64,000 nt of DNA from Candidatus Omnitrophota bacterium (GTDB lineage Bacteria; Omnitrophota; Omnitrophia; Omnitrophales; JACROU01). Positions within the stretch are counted from its first letter, which is position 1; the number at the start of each line of letters is the position of its first letter. The position numbers and the translations under genes were made by a program. The stretch is from assembly GCA_029261035.1 (NCBI GenBank), contig JAJDCD010000012.1, positions 158,776 to 222,775 of the forward strand, read 5' to 3'. Positions 46,418 to 57,689 of the stretch are shown one piece after another. The notes under the pieces were generated by a model. It had not been told where the DNA came from and made no database searches. It saw nothing but the letters and a program-made list of their open reading frames with translations.

Positions 46418-48121
46418 TTATAGGACCAAACCTTCTATTCTCTTATAAAAATCCACTACAGACAGAATTTCAACTTCCCCACTATGACGTGTTTTTAATT
46501 CTACTTTGCCTTCTTTAGCATTTTTAGAGCCAATAATCAGTTGATAAGGCAACCCTATTAAATCAGCATCATTAAATTTGACTCCAGCCCTCTCATTCCT
46601 ATTATCATAAATGACATCGATAGAAGACTTCTTAAAATATTCATACAATTCATTAGCTATAGAGACAACAACCTCATCTGCTTGATTCATAGTAATCATA
46701 TGAAACAAAGCAGGTGCAATAGAAACAGGCCAGCAAATTCCTTTTTCATCATGGTTTTGCTCAATCGCTCCCGCAACCATCCGATTAACCCCTATTCCAT
46801 AGCACCCCATAATAATATCTTGTTCTTTTCCGCTCTTATCAATAAAGCGCGCCTCCAGAGGTTTTGAGTAACGCGTTCCTAACTTAAAAATATGCCCAAT
46901 TTCCATGGCTCTTTTCATTTCGATAACACCATCTTCTGCGGACGGAGACCTTTCGCCAGGTAGAACGGTTCTAACATCCCCATAACTCTCTACGCTACAA
47001 TCTCGATCAAGGTTCACTCCTTTATAGTGCTTATCATTCTGATTAGCACCGGAAACATAGCTTCCCCCTAACTTTAATGCTTCATCACCAACAACTCTAA
47101 TATTCTTTAAACCAACAGGACCACAAAAACCCGTAGAGCAACCGACCCATTTCAAAATTTCTTCATCAGAAGCCAGAACTAATTCCTTTGCATCTAAATA
47201 TTTTTTCAGTTTCAACTCACTAATTTCATGATCTCCACGAACCAAACATGCAACGGGATTTTTATCTGCCACATAAATTATCGTCTTCATCAAATGTGTT
47301 TTTGCTAAATCTAATTTTTTTGAAATTGCTTCTATCGTTTTCAAACCTGGGGTTTCGATCAACAACAACTCTTCTAAGTCAGATGGCTCTGCTAAACTTT
47401 CATTAAAACATGGTACCAGTTCTGGGGTTGATCGGTAATCGGTTTTTGTACAAGAAGCAATGGTATCTTCCCCAAAATCTGCTAAAAGCATAAACTCATG
47501 AGACACATTTCCACCCATTAACCCAGGATCAGCATTTACAACTTCCACATTTAAATGACATCTCTTAAATATGTTTTTATATGCTTGCAGCATTACTTGA
47601 TATGTCTTATCCAAACCTTCCCAATCTGTATCAAAACTGTATGCATCTTTCATAATAAATTCTTTCGATCGTATTACTCCAAATCGGGGCCTCAACTCAT
47701 CTCTAAATTTTGTTTGAATTTGAAACAATGTCATTGGTAGTTCTTTATAACTTTTAACATTATGACTAATCAAATCAGTAATCACCTCTTCATGAGTTGG
47801 ACCCAAAACAAACTCTTGTGCCGATCGATTTTCAAAAGAGATCTTATCTCCACCTAAAGAATCATAGCGTCCTGTTTTTTTCCATAATTCTGCTGGATGA
47901 AGCGCTGGCAACAGCAGTTCCACAGCTCCCACTGAAACCATTTCTTCTCGAATAATCTTTTGAATTTTATTTAAAGCCAAAACTCCCAAAGGCAAATAGC
48001 TGTAAACTCCTGAGGAAAGTTTGCGAACCATGCCCGAACGAATCATCAATTGATGACTAGTTGCTTCAGCATCTTTAGGGATATCTCTTAAGGTTGGAAT
48101 GAGTGTTTCTGTCCATTTCAT
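46418..48121 (-). CDS. proS: Prolyl-tRNA synthetase.
   Basis: ORF track, 567 aa, with class II aaRS motifs and the ProRS anticodon-binding C-terminus. Confidence 0.92.
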   Translation of the reverse strand: MKWTETLIPTLRDIPKDAEATSHQLMIRSGMVRKLSSGVYSYLPLGVLALNKIQKIIREEMVSVGAVELLLPALHPAELWKKTGRYDSLGGDKISFENRSAQEFVLGPTHEEVITDLISHNVKSYKELPMTLFQIQTKFRDELRPRFGVIRSKEFIMKDAYSFDTDWEGLDKTYQVMLQAYKNIFKRCHLNVEVVNADPGLMGGNVSHEFMLLADFGEDTIASCTKTDYRSTPELVPCFNESLAEPSDLEELLLIETPGLKTIEAISKKLDLAKTHLMKTIIYVADKNPVACLVRGDHEISELKLKKYLDAKELVLASDEEILKWVGCSTGFCGPVGLKNIRVVGDEALKLGGSYVSGANQNDKHYKGVNLDRDCSVESYGDVRTVLPGERSPSAEDGVIEMKRAMEIGHIFKLGTRYSKPLEARFIDKSGKEQDIIMGCYGIGVNRMVAGAIEQNHDEKGICWPVSIAPALFHMITMNQADEVVVSIANELYEYFKKSSIDVIYDNRNERAGVKFNDADLIGLPYQLIIGSKNAKEGKVELKTRHSGEVEILSVVDFYKRIEGLVL

Positions 48122-48202
48122 TAATTCTGTCCTTTGTCATTAAAACGTGAAGCGTTATTCCTGAAGTGCATTTCACTCTTAAACCAAAAACCAAAAACTG
48201 GT

Positions 48203-49288
48203 TTATTTAAAAAAACCTATAATCCAATCAAAGAATTTTAGGTTCACTAAGTCGTTATACATAACAACCACCATCAAAATCATAAGAAGCAGGAATCCTA
48301 TTTGCGTAGCAATTCCTTGTACTTTCAATGAAACTGGCTTTCTGAAAATAGCTTCTATGGATAGAAAAAGAAAATGACCTCCGTCCAAAGCTGGAAATGG
48401 AAGCATATTAAATATAGCCAAAGTAGCACTAATAAGAGCTGTTAATTGAAGTAAATATACAATCCCCATCTCTGCTGCCTTACCCGTAACAGCAATAATT
48501 CCAATAGGCCCTGCTAAATTTTTAAGAGATAATTGACCTGTAACTAAACGTCCTAATGCTTTTAGTGTGAGTGTTGTCGTATTGTATAAAGTAATACCAC
48601 CCTGCTTGAAAGATTCAGCTACCCCATATTTTTCTATAGCATACTCATCTGACGGTTTAATCCCAATACGTGTTAGCTTCTTCTTGTCGCCAAACATATC
48701 TTCAGCCTCTTCCACCTGAGGCTTGATTACAATTTGCTCAACCTTATTTTCACGTTTAACATTTAAAAGAATTTGGATTGAATCATTTGTTAATATTTGG
48801 CTGGTCAATTCAGTCCAATTTGAAACAGAAACATTGTTTACAGAAATAATTTTATCCCCTACAAGCAAACCACTTTTTTCTGCAGGGTACCCCTCAACAA
48901 AGCCACCAACGGAAGAAGATAGCGTTGGTTTTCCGACCATAAAAATAGCTGAAAATAAAATAAAAGCAACCAAGAAATTCATAAACACCCCACCCGAAAC
49001 AATCACCATACGAGCCCAAAGAGGCGCTTTTAAATAGTCCCCTTCCTTCGGCTCATAATCTTCCCCTAACTCACTCAAATCTTCACCTTGAGGTTTAACA
49101 AAACCCCCAAAAGGAATAGCTGAAATTGTAAAACGGGTTTCTTTTCCCTGCCATGCAAATAGCTCAGGACCAAACCCGATAGAAAACTTCTCTACACGAA
49201 CCCCCGTCATTCGACATGCTATAAAATGACCGCCTTCATGAAGAAAAATCAAAAGTCCTAAAACTAAAATGGTAATAAGAATACTCAT
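48203..49288 (-). CDS. rseP: RIP zinc metalloprotease RseP (site-2 protease).
   Basis: ORF track, 361 aa. HEGGHF (HExxH) in the first TM segment, a PDZ domain, and a conserved position next to dxr/cdsA/uppS. Confidence 0.9.
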   Translation of the reverse strand: MSILITILVLGLLIFLHEGGHFIACRMTGVRVEKFSIGFGPELFAWQGKETRFTISAIPFGGFVKPQGEDLSELGEDYEPKEGDYLKAPLWARMVIVSGGVFMNFLVAFILFSAIFMVGKPTLSSSVGGFVEGYPAEKSGLLVGDKIISVNNVSVSNWTELTSQILTNDSIQILLNVKRENKVEQIVIKPQVEEAEDMFGDKKKLTRIGIKPSDEYAIEKYGVAESFKQGGITLYNTTTLTLKALGRLVTGQLSLKNLAGPIGIIAVTGKAAEMGIVYLLQLTALISATLAIFNMLPFPALDGGHFLFLSIEAIFRKPVSLKVQGIATQIGFLLLMILMVVVMYNDLVNLKFFDWIIGFFK

Positions 49289-49313
49289 TTACATACCTTC
49301 CTTTTTTATTTAC

Positions 49314-50507
49314 CTAAGCTGTTTTACTACAAATATTATTAGATTTCATTTCATAAATAAGCTGAGCTGCTATTTTGCGAGCCCATCCATCTGCTGTTAA
49401 CACTTCTTCTAAATTAGGCTTCTTAACCCCTTCATGCTGCTTAAGAACAGCTTCTATAACCACAGGAATTTGGGTGAAAAGAATTTTATTTTTCAAGAAC
49501 TGGTCGACACAAACTTCATTCGCAGCATTTAAAACACAAGGGAAAGTCCCTCCTTTTTCTCCAGCTTCATATGCCAATCTTAAACATGGGAATTTTCCCA
49601 TATCAGGCTTCATAAAATTTAGCTGCTTTACATCAGAAAGATTTAAAGACAAACCTTTCATAGGAATTCGTTTAGGGTAAGATAATGCAAATTGAATGGG
49701 TAACTTCATGTCCGTTGCCGCAATCTGAGCCAACTGAGAACCATCTACAAATTCACTCAAAGCATGAACTACAGCCTCTGGGTGAATCAAAACATGAATT
49801 TGGTCAAAATTAAATTGAAACAAACTATTTGCTTCAATAACTTCTAACCCCTTATTCATTAAAGTTGCAGAATCTACTGAAATCTTTTGTCCCATACTCC
49901 ACTTTGGATGTTTTACAGCTTCTTCTGGAGTTATTTCTGAAAAAGTTTCTTCGTCTCTATTTAAGAAGGGCCCTCCTGAAGCAGTAAGATAAATAGAAGA
50001 AATTTCATTTCGACTCCGGTCTTGTATACACTGAAACACCCCGCTATGCTCACTATCAACTGGAATCAGATGCACCCCATGTTCACGAACTAAATCATGA
50101 ATAAGTTCGCCCGCCATAACTAAGGGTTCTTTATTTGCTAAAGCAATATGTTTTTTAGCCTCAATTGCTTTTACAAGAGGCACTAATCCTTGAGCTCCCA
50201 TCAAAGCAAGCAACACTTGATCTACTTCCGGATGTGTAACGGCCGCAATAAGCCCTGCAGCCCCAGAGTAAACTTCTATGGGTTCTGAGTATTCCTTTGT
50301 CAATTTCTGACAAAACAAATCCTTCTTATCTTCATCATGAACAACAACTAATTTAGGCTTAAACTTAACAACCTGTTCGAAAAGCAAATCAATACTCGTA
50401 TTCACCGCTAAAGCATAAACAGAGAATTCATCCGGGTGTTGAGAAATAACTTCCAGCGCATTTTTACCAATCGAGCCTGTTGACCCAATAATACAAACTT
50501 GTCTCAT
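49314..50507 (-). CDS. dxr: 1-deoxy-D-xylulose 5-phosphate reductoisomerase.
   Basis: ORF track, 397 aa, N-terminus MRQVCIIGSTGSIGKNALEV (Rossmann fold). Sits in the conserved neighbourhood. Confidence 0.93.
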   Translation of the reverse strand: MRQVCIIGSTGSIGKNALEVISQHPDEFSVYALAVNTSIDLLFEQVVKFKPKLVVVHDEDKKDLFCQKLTKEYSEPIEVYSGAAGLIAAVTHPEVDQVLLALMGAQGLVPLVKAIEAKKHIALANKEPLVMAGELIHDLVREHGVHLIPVDSEHSGVFQCIQDRSRNEISSIYLTASGGPFLNRDEETFSEITPEEAVKHPKWSMGQKISVDSATLMNKGLEVIEANSLFQFNFDQIHVLIHPEAVVHALSEFVDGSQLAQIAATDMKLPIQFALSYPKRIPMKGLSLNLSDVKQLNFMKPDMGKFPCLRLAYEAGEKGGTFPCVLNAANEVCVDQFLKNKILFTQIPVVIEAVLKQHEGVKKPNLEEVLTADGWARKIAAQLIYEMKSNNICSKTA

Positions 50508-50522
50508 TATTTTTTCCTAAAA

Positions 50523-51416
50523 TTAAAATCTAGATATGGCATTTAAACCAACAAATGCCGTCAGGTAATAGTATGTAAAGGGTACGGTAAAAAGCAAACT
50601 ATCCATCATGTCCAGAACACCACCCAATCCAGGAATAATACCCGAATCTTTAACATTCACATCTCTCTTAATTAAACTCTCTGCCAAGTCTCCTAATTGA
50701 GACAACAAGCCTAAAACAATACCCAAAACCAATAAATGTATAAAATGAACTCCTTCTATAAAAAACCCTGCACATAAGGATACAACAATGGAAGCTATAA
50801 AATTAGCCACAGCCCCTTCAATTGTCTTATTGGGGCTAATATGCGGAACTAAAGGACGCTTCCCAAACCAGTTACCAACAAAGTACGCTGCTGTGTCTCC
50901 TAATTTGGTAACACAAAGAATATAAGCAACCCAAAACGTTCCATCTTCCAAATATTTAACTTTCGTAACGAAAGAAAAAAGCCAAGCTATATAAAAAATA
51001 CCAAAAACGGTTACCGCGGTGCTAATAAGAGAATTTGACTTAAGAGATCTATGGAAGTTGAAAATAAATAAACAGAGGATGGTCACTAAAATAATTACAG
51101 ATTCTCCTTGAAAAAAAATGGAGAAAGGCAAAATAGCTCCAAAAATCAAGCCAAGGACTTTATTTATAAATATGCCCTTCTTCTCTGCCATCTGATAAAA
51201 CTCGTATAAAGCTAACAAAGAAAAAGCTTCAACCATGACAAAGAAAAACCAATTAGGCGCAAAAAAAACGGCATAGGTACATAAGGATATAAAAAATGCG
51301 GAAAATAAAAGTCTTTTAGTTAGAGAAGTTTGTCCGGCCAAAGCGACGCTCTCTTTTTTGAAAGGATTGAATTGCATTAAGAAAATTTTGTTTTCTGAAA
51401 TCAGGCCAGAAAACAT
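50523..51416 (-). CDS. cdsA: Phosphatidate cytidylyltransferase (CDP-diglyceride synthase). The start codon is uncertain because the reported 5' end overlaps the uppS 3' end by about 100 nt.
   Basis: ORF track, 297 aa, multi-TM, with a CTP_transf_1 signature near the C-terminus (GDLAESLIKRDVNVKDSGIIPGLGGVLD). Confidence 0.85.
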   Translation of the reverse strand: MFSGLISENKIFLMQFNPFKKESVALAGQTSLTKRLLFSAFFISLCTYAVFFAPNWFFFVMVEAFSLLALYEFYQMAEKKGIFINKVLGLIFGAILPFSIFFQGESVIILVTILCLFIFNFHRSLKSNSLISTAVTVFGIFYIAWLFSFVTKVKYLEDGTFWVAYILCVTKLGDTAAYFVGNWFGKRPLVPHISPNKTIEGAVANFIASIVVSLCAGFFIEGVHFIHLLVLGIVLGLLSQLGDLAESLIKRDVNVKDSGIIPGLGGVLDMMDSLLFTVPFTYYYLTAFVGLNAISRF

Positions 51417-52092
51417 CTGTTACAAAAATTTCAGTATAAGACAATTGCCATAGCAAAAAATTACTTACCCTCATCTCTCCACTGGTACGAATCAGAAAGT
51501 CTGGGTCTGGCATATCTTTGGTGTACAAATGCTGTTGAATAACTTCTTCATTAATATCTTCAGGACTCAGAATACCGTCTTTAACTTTAAGAGCTAAATC
51601 CTTCATCGCGTCTACAATTTCGCAACGACTGGAATAACTTAAAGCTAAAGTTAAGGTTAACCCTGTATTGTTTTCAGTCTCTTTCACATTGAAAGCAATT
51701 TTCTTTTGAATTTCTTTTGGTAATGTATGAATTCGACCAATCACTTGAAACCGAACATTGTTTTTCGTCAGAGTCTTCAATTCTTTGTCTAAATAATCAG
51801 ATAAAAGATGCATCAAAACATCAATTTCCAGCTTAGGTCTTTGCCAATTCTCTGTCGAAAACGCATATAAAGTTAAGTACTGAATCCCTAAGTCGCAAGA
51901 AGCTGTAACCACTTCACGGATGCTTTCAACCCCAGCCTGATGTCCTTGGATACGCTTTAAACTCTTAGACTCAGCCCATCGCCCATTCCCATCCATAATA
52001 ATAGCAATATGAGCAGGCAAACCTTCCTTGCTTTCAGAAACCCCTGATTCAAAATTACTCTGTGTCATATCTTTAAAAATAGATTTAATCAT
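51316..52092 (-). CDS. uppS: Undecaprenyl pyrophosphate synthase (cis-prenyltransferase).
   Basis: ORF track, 258 aa, with HIAIIMDGNGRWA and a C-terminal ...RERRFG motif. The true start is probably an internal Met (MTQSNFES...). Confidence 0.9.
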   Translation of the reverse strand: MIKSIFKDMTQSNFESGVSESKEGLPAHIAIIMDGNGRWAESKSLKRIQGHQAGVESIREVVTASCDLGIQYLTLYAFSTENWQRPKLEIDVLMHLLSDYLDKELKTLTKNNVRFQVIGRIHTLPKEIQKKIAFNVKETENNTGLTLTLALSYSSRCEIVDAMKDLALKVKDGILSPEDINEEVIQQHLYTKDMPDPDFLIRTSGEMRVSNFLLWQLSYTEIFVTDVFWPDFRKQNFLNAIQSFQKRERRFGRTNFSN

Positions 52093-52099
52093 TTATTAT

Positions 52100-53386
<1,287 letters not shown>

Positions 53387-53395
53387 TTAATTATT

Positions 53396-53440
53396 CCAAA
53401 CAGTAAACGAGCGGGTCACTGCTTAGTAAACCCGCTCTAA
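53396..53440 (-). terminator. Candidate Rho-independent terminator after serA (stem GAGCGGG...CCCGCTC followed by a U-rich GUUUACUGUUU stretch).
   Basis: Inverted repeat at 53409-53415 / 53431-53437 with a 15-nt loop; on the minus strand it is followed by gtttactgttt. Confidence 0.3.
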
Positions 53441-53461
53441 ACTTTAAGGCCTAATAAAAAT

Positions 53462-55048
53462 TTATAAACTTAATAACTTAACATCAATAACCTTGGAAGC
53501 ACTCTTTATTTCATCTAAAACAGCCGAGCTCACATCGCTATCTGTATTGATAACAGTAATAGCTTTAGCACCTTCTTCATTTCTACCCAAAGTCATTTCT
53601 GCAATATTAATATTATTGTTCGCAAGAATGGTTCCTATCTCACCCACAACGCCTGGTTTATCTTCATTCTCAACAACCAGAATATTCCCTTTAGGAACTG
53701 CATCCAAAAAGAAATTATCAATTTTCACAATTCGAGAATCTGTTTTACCAAAAAGCGTTCCCACAATGACATGAGACCCTTTATCCATTACTATTTCAAC
53801 AGAAATGAAATTAGCAAAATCTTCCAATTGAGAAGTCTTGCTCTCATTAATCGTAATCCCTCGTTCTTTAGCAAACAAAGGAGCGTTAACATAATTAACA
53901 ACACCTTCCCCACAAAAAGGCTCTAACAATCCCTTAACTGCAGCTAGAGTAAGAGGCGCTAGAGGAAATTGAGTCACTTCCCCACTATACTTCAAATTGA
54001 CTTCTTTAATACTCCCGGCAAAAAGCTGCGCTTGTGCTTTTCCAAGTTTTTCAGCCAACTTAATCCAAGGCCTCAATATCTCCATCGATTTTATGTCTAA
54101 CGAAGGCATGTTTACTGCGTTTTTAATTTCGCGTCCTAAAAGAACGTCCACAACCTGCTTCACAACGGCGACAGAAACGTTTTCTTGAGCTTCTGCTGTA
54201 GAGGCCCCTAAATGAGGAGTCGCAATCACCTCGTCTAAATCTAATAGTGGGTTTTCGAGTGGAGGTTCACTCTCAAAAACGTCCAGAGCAGCTCCTTTTA
54301 CTTTTCCGCTTTTAATAGCATCATACAAATCCTTCTCATTAATGATACCGCCACGAGCACAGTTTATTATCCGAACTCCATCTTTCATTTGCGCAAAAGT
54401 TTTTTTATTTAACATATGTTTTGTATCATTTGTTAACGGTGTGTGAAGAGTAATATAATCTGCCTTTGCATAAATTTCATCTAGCGTTGTTATTTCAACA
54501 CTCAAATCAGAAAAAGTTGTATTAGCAGCAATAAAGGGATCGTACGCCAATATATTCATACCAAAGCTCTGCAACCGCTTCGCCACTTCACGACCAATAC
54601 GACCAAACCCAACAACTCCCAAAGTTTTTCCGTAAATTTCACTCCCTTGAAACTTTCCACGTTTCCACTCTTTATCTCTAACGGAAACATGCGCTTGAGG
54701 AATATTTCGATTTAATGACAACAACATACTAACGGTATGCTCACAGGTGGAAATGGTATTCCCTTCTGGAGTATTCATCACAATAATACCTTTTTTGGTC
54801 GCTGCTTTTATATCTACGTTGTCTACTCCAACACCAGCCCTACCAATAACTTTAAGTCGATCTGCTTTTTCTATTAATTCCGCAGTTACTTTTGTGCCAC
54901 TGCGAACAAGTAAAGCGTCATAATTACCAATAATATTTTTCAATTCTTCAGGGTCTAATTTAGGCTTTACATCAAACTCTATTTCTGTTTGCTCTTTCAA
55001 TAATTCTAAACCTTTATCCCCCAAAGGATCTGAAATTAATATTTTCAT
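53462..55048 (-). CDS. serA: D-3-phosphoglycerate dehydrogenase with a C-terminal ACT domain. The start was moved to the MKILISD Met; the ORF track extends to 55114.
   Basis: ORF track. NAD-binding GxGxIG motif (GVVGFGRIGREVAKRL) and a ~528-aa length from the internal Met. Confidence 0.9.
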   Translation of the reverse strand: MKILISDPLGDKGLELLKEQTEIEFDVKPKLDPEELKNIIGNYDALLVRSGTKVTAELIEKADRLKVIGRAGVGVDNVDIKAATKKGIIVMNTPEGNTISTCEHTVSMLLSLNRNIPQAHVSVRDKEWKRGKFQGSEIYGKTLGVVGFGRIGREVAKRLQSFGMNILAYDPFIAANTTFSDLSVEITTLDEIYAKADYITLHTPLTNDTKHMLNKKTFAQMKDGVRIINCARGGIINEKDLYDAIKSGKVKGAALDVFESEPPLENPLLDLDEVIATPHLGASTAEAQENVSVAVVKQVVDVLLGREIKNAVNMPSLDIKSMEILRPWIKLAEKLGKAQAQLFAGSIKEVNLKYSGEVTQFPLAPLTLAAVKGLLEPFCGEGVVNYVNAPLFAKERGITINESKTSQLEDFANFISVEIVMDKGSHVIVGTLFGKTDSRIVKIDNFFLDAVPKGNILVVENEDKPGVVGEIGTILANNNINIAEMTLGRNEEGAKAITVINTDSDVSSAVLDEIKSASKVIDVKLLSL

Positions 55049-55127
55049 TTTCTCTATTCCCTTATCCGGATCGATCTCTCGACTAGTTTTTTGGACTGTT
55101 TCTACTGACATCATTTTCCTTTTTAAA

Positions 55128-55733
55128 TTATTTTTTCTTTGGAACGACAGGAGCTGCTTCTATTACAGAATCCACTAAGCCATACGCAGCCGCTTCTGCA
55201 CCTGTAAGAAAGTAGTCTCTATCTGTATCTTGTTCTATTTTTTCAAAAGGTTGCCCTGAATGATGGGCTAAAATATGATTCAACTCGTCTTTCAACTTCA
55301 ATATTTCCTTAGCTTGGATATGGATATCTGAAGCAGTTCCTTGAGCTCCTCCCCACGGTTGGTGAATCATAACCCTAGAATGAGGAAGCGCGTATCTTTT
55401 TCCCTTAGTCCCCGCTGTTAAAAGAACAGCTCCCATACTCGCCGCCATACCCACACAATAAGTAGCTACATCACATTTAATAAACTGCATCGTATCGTAA
55501 ATAGCAAGTCCTGCACTCACAGACCCACCCGGAGAATTTACATAAATATTAATATCTTTATCCGGATCTTCCATTTGCAAAAAGAGTAATTGAGCAATAA
55601 TTAAGTTTGCAACCATATCATCAATTCCAGAACCAATAAAAATAATTCTATCTTTTAACAAACGACTATAAATATCGTAAGAACGTTCACCTCTACCCGT
55701 TTGTTCAATTACCATAGGAACCAAAGTACTCAT
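55128..55733 (-). CDS. clpP: ATP-dependent Clp protease proteolytic subunit.
   Basis: ORF track, 201 aa. The full minus-strand translation was reproduced by hand and matches, with the Ser-His-Asp catalytic context (GMAASMGA...). Confidence 0.95.
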   Translation of the reverse strand: MSTLVPMVIEQTGRGERSYDIYSRLLKDRIIFIGSGIDDMVANLIIAQLLFLQMEDPDKDINIYVNSPGGSVSAGLAIYDTMQFIKCDVATYCVGMAASMGAVLLTAGTKGKRYALPHSRVMIHQPWGGAQGTASDIHIQAKEILKLKDELNHILAHHSGQPFEKIEQDTDRDYFLTGAEAAAYGLVDSVIEAAPVVPKKK

Positions 55734-55767
55734 AAAACCCTCCTCAAAATGTTATCTTCTAATTAAA

Positions 55768-57036
55768 CTAAGAATTTTCTATTGTCGCCTTATCTTTAAT
55801 CAATTGAATTACTTTTTCATTTAATATTTGATTCACAAGACCACTAATCTGATCCTGCCCTTTGAAATGTTCTTGAATTTTTTCTACTGGAACATGATAT
55901 TGCACAGACATTTTCTGAAACTGTGTATCTAAGTCCGACTTTTCAACTTTAATATTTTCTTTTTCTGCTACCTTTTCCAAAATAAAAGCTAATCGAACTT
56001 GTTTTTCAGCTTCGGGTTTTAAATCTTTTCTCAAACGATCCACTTGTTTTTCAGCTTCTTCTTGTTTTTGTCCACTTTGCATCAAACGCTGAACACCATC
56101 AGAAACCATTTTCTTCAAATGTCGGTCAACAACTCCTCGAGATACCTGAAAAGAGTTTTTCTCTATCAATCGATCCATAAGATCACGCTCTACCTGACTC
56201 TGAAGTTCCTGATCTTTCTGTTTCTTAATATCATCTTCAATTGCTTTTTTAAATTCATCGACCGTCTTGTAACCTCCAGCTTTATTAGCCAAGTCATCAT
56301 TAAGCTCAGGCACTTTTTTAATTTTGACGTCTTTTACTGTAATCCAAAATTCAGCTTCTTTGTTTTTAAGCTCTGGATTAGGGTGATCTTTTGAAATTGC
56401 GATTTTAAAATTTTTAGTTTCACCTGCCTTAACACCTACTAGATGTTTGGGGAAATCTCCTAAATAATCAATGTCTTTTATCTGGATCATCTCTTCCTTA
56501 TGATCTTCTTTTGGCTTATCCCCAAATTGAGTTTCGTAGTCTGCTATTAAAAAATCATCTAACTCAGCAGCTCGATCTACAGGCTCAAAAGAAGACAATG
56601 AATCACGAACTCTTTCTACCACAGAATTTATTTCCTCTTCTTTAACTTCAACACTTGGTTTCTTTACTTTAATTCCAGAATAATCAGCAACTTCAACCTC
56701 AGGCTCTAACTCAACATCAACCTTAAATGTCAATTCTGTATCTAAAAAATTTACATCTTTAACATTAGGATACGAAATAAGCTTCAATCCTTCAGAATCA
56801 GAAATTTTTTTCACAGCAAAAGATATAATCTTTCGAAGAACTTCCTCTTGTGCTTTATCTGCAAAATGCTCCTCAATGACTTTACGAGGAGCCTTCCCTT
56901 TTCTAAACCCAGGCAAATTAGCATCTTTTGCCGCTTCATCAAAAAACTCTGTCCGTACCTCTGTGATAATTTCCGGCCCTACCTTTATTGTGATTTCTTT
57001 TTCACAAGCTTGCACATCTTTAACTGAATATTCCAT
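55768..57036 (-). CDS. tig: Trigger factor. The start is set at MEYSVKD; the 26-codon N-terminal extension in the ORF track overlaps tRNA-Gly.
   Basis: ORF track. Ribosome-binding N-domain, FKBP-like middle domain, and a position immediately upstream of clpP. Confidence 0.9.
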   Translation of the reverse strand: MEYSVKDVQACEKEITIKVGPEIITEVRTEFFDEAAKDANLPGFRKGKAPRKVIEEHFADKAQEEVLRKIISFAVKKISDSEGLKLISYPNVKDVNFLDTELTFKVDVELEPEVEVADYSGIKVKKPSVEVKEEEINSVVERVRDSLSSFEPVDRAAELDDFLIADYETQFGDKPKEDHKEEMIQIKDIDYLGDFPKHLVGVKAGETKNFKIAISKDHPNPELKNKEAEFWITVKDVKIKKVPELNDDLANKAGGYKTVDEFKKAIEDDIKKQKDQELQSQVERDLMDRLIEKNSFQVSRGVVDRHLKKMVSDGVQRLMQSGQKQEEAEKQVDRLRKDLKPEAEKQVRLAFILEKVAEKENIKVEKSDLDTQFQKMSVQYHVPVEKIQEHFKGQDQISGLVNQILNEKVIQLIKDKATIENS

Positions 57037-57069
57037 GAGTCTTTCTCTCTTTCTTAAGTATTTATAAAC

Positions 57070-57144
57070 TGGAGCGAGCGAAGGGATTTGAACCCTCGAC
57101 ATCAACCTTGGCAAGGTTGCGCTCTACCACTGAGCTACGCTCGC
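57070..57144 (-). tRNA. tRNA-Gly (anticodon GCC), with CCA encoded.
   Basis: Minus-strand sequence gcgagcgtagctcagtggtagagcgcaaccttgccaaggttgatgtcgagggttcaaatcccttcgctcgctcca folds as a cloverleaf with a 7-bp acceptor stem, anticodon loop uuGCCaa and T-loop ttcaaat. Confidence 0.9.
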
Positions 57145-57302
57145 ACTGATATACGGGGTACATCCATACCCCACACATATTGATTGACTGATGCCCAAAT
57201 ACTCTAAATGTGCTAAAACACACGTATTAAGGCAAAGTCCCACAATCAAACTAGACATTTTATATAGGAATCAAACCCTTGTCTACTATTATTAGAGGCT
57301 AT

Positions 57303-57689
57303 TTAAGGACATATTTCGGAGTTTAGAACTTTTTCTACTTCTTCTTGTAACCGGATTAAATTAAAGGGTTTAGATAAAAAGGAATCACAACCCAATTTTT
57401 TTGCATTTTCTTTAACTGTGAAATCGATATACCCGGTATTCACAATCACTTTACTCTTCTTATTAGAGGCTTTCATTTCTTTTAAGACCTCTAGTCCAGA
57501 TATGTCTGGCAGCTTCAAATCAAGTAAAATAAGGTCAAAATCGCCACTGTCAAATAGGTCCAATCCCTTCCGACCCGTATCTGCAACGGCAACTTGGAAG
57601 CCTTCATCTTCGAAAAACAGCTTCACTTCCTGAATAATGTCTTCTTCGTCATCAATGACTAATAGTTTCTTCATGTTCCACTTCCTCAA
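57303..57689 (-). CDS. Single-domain response regulator (CheY-like receiver, no output domain). The likely start is MKKLLVIDD.
   Basis: ORF track, 128 aa: VIDDEEDI...D...KLPD...K with receiver-domain acidic pocket and Lys. Confidence 0.85.
   Translation of the reverse strand: MRKWNMKKLLVIDDEEDIIQEVKLFFEDEGFQVAVADTGRKGLDLFDSGDFDLILLDLKLPDISGLEVLKEMKASNKKSKVIVNTGYIDFTVKENAKKLGCDSFLSKPFNLIRLQEEVEKVLNSEICP

Noticed and set aside
48121-48205. Hairpin aaaccagtttttggttt after rseP as a terminator.
   Set aside because: The stem is almost entirely A-U, so it is very weak. It is mentioned only as a possible weak terminator, not called as a feature.
55049-55114. Longer SerA N-terminus (MMSVETVQKTSREIDPDKGIEK) from the ORF track.
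   Set aside because: SerA orthologues begin at the MK(I/V)L(I/V)SD motif. The extension is probably upstream read-through to an earlier in-frame start, although this is not certain.
57037-57114. N-terminal 26-codon extension of tig in the ORF track (MPRLMSRVQIPSLAPVYKYLRKRERL...).
   Set aside because: It overlaps tRNA-Gly(GCC) at 57070-57144 on the same strand. The canonical trigger-factor N-terminus begins at MEYSVKD (Met at 57034-57036).
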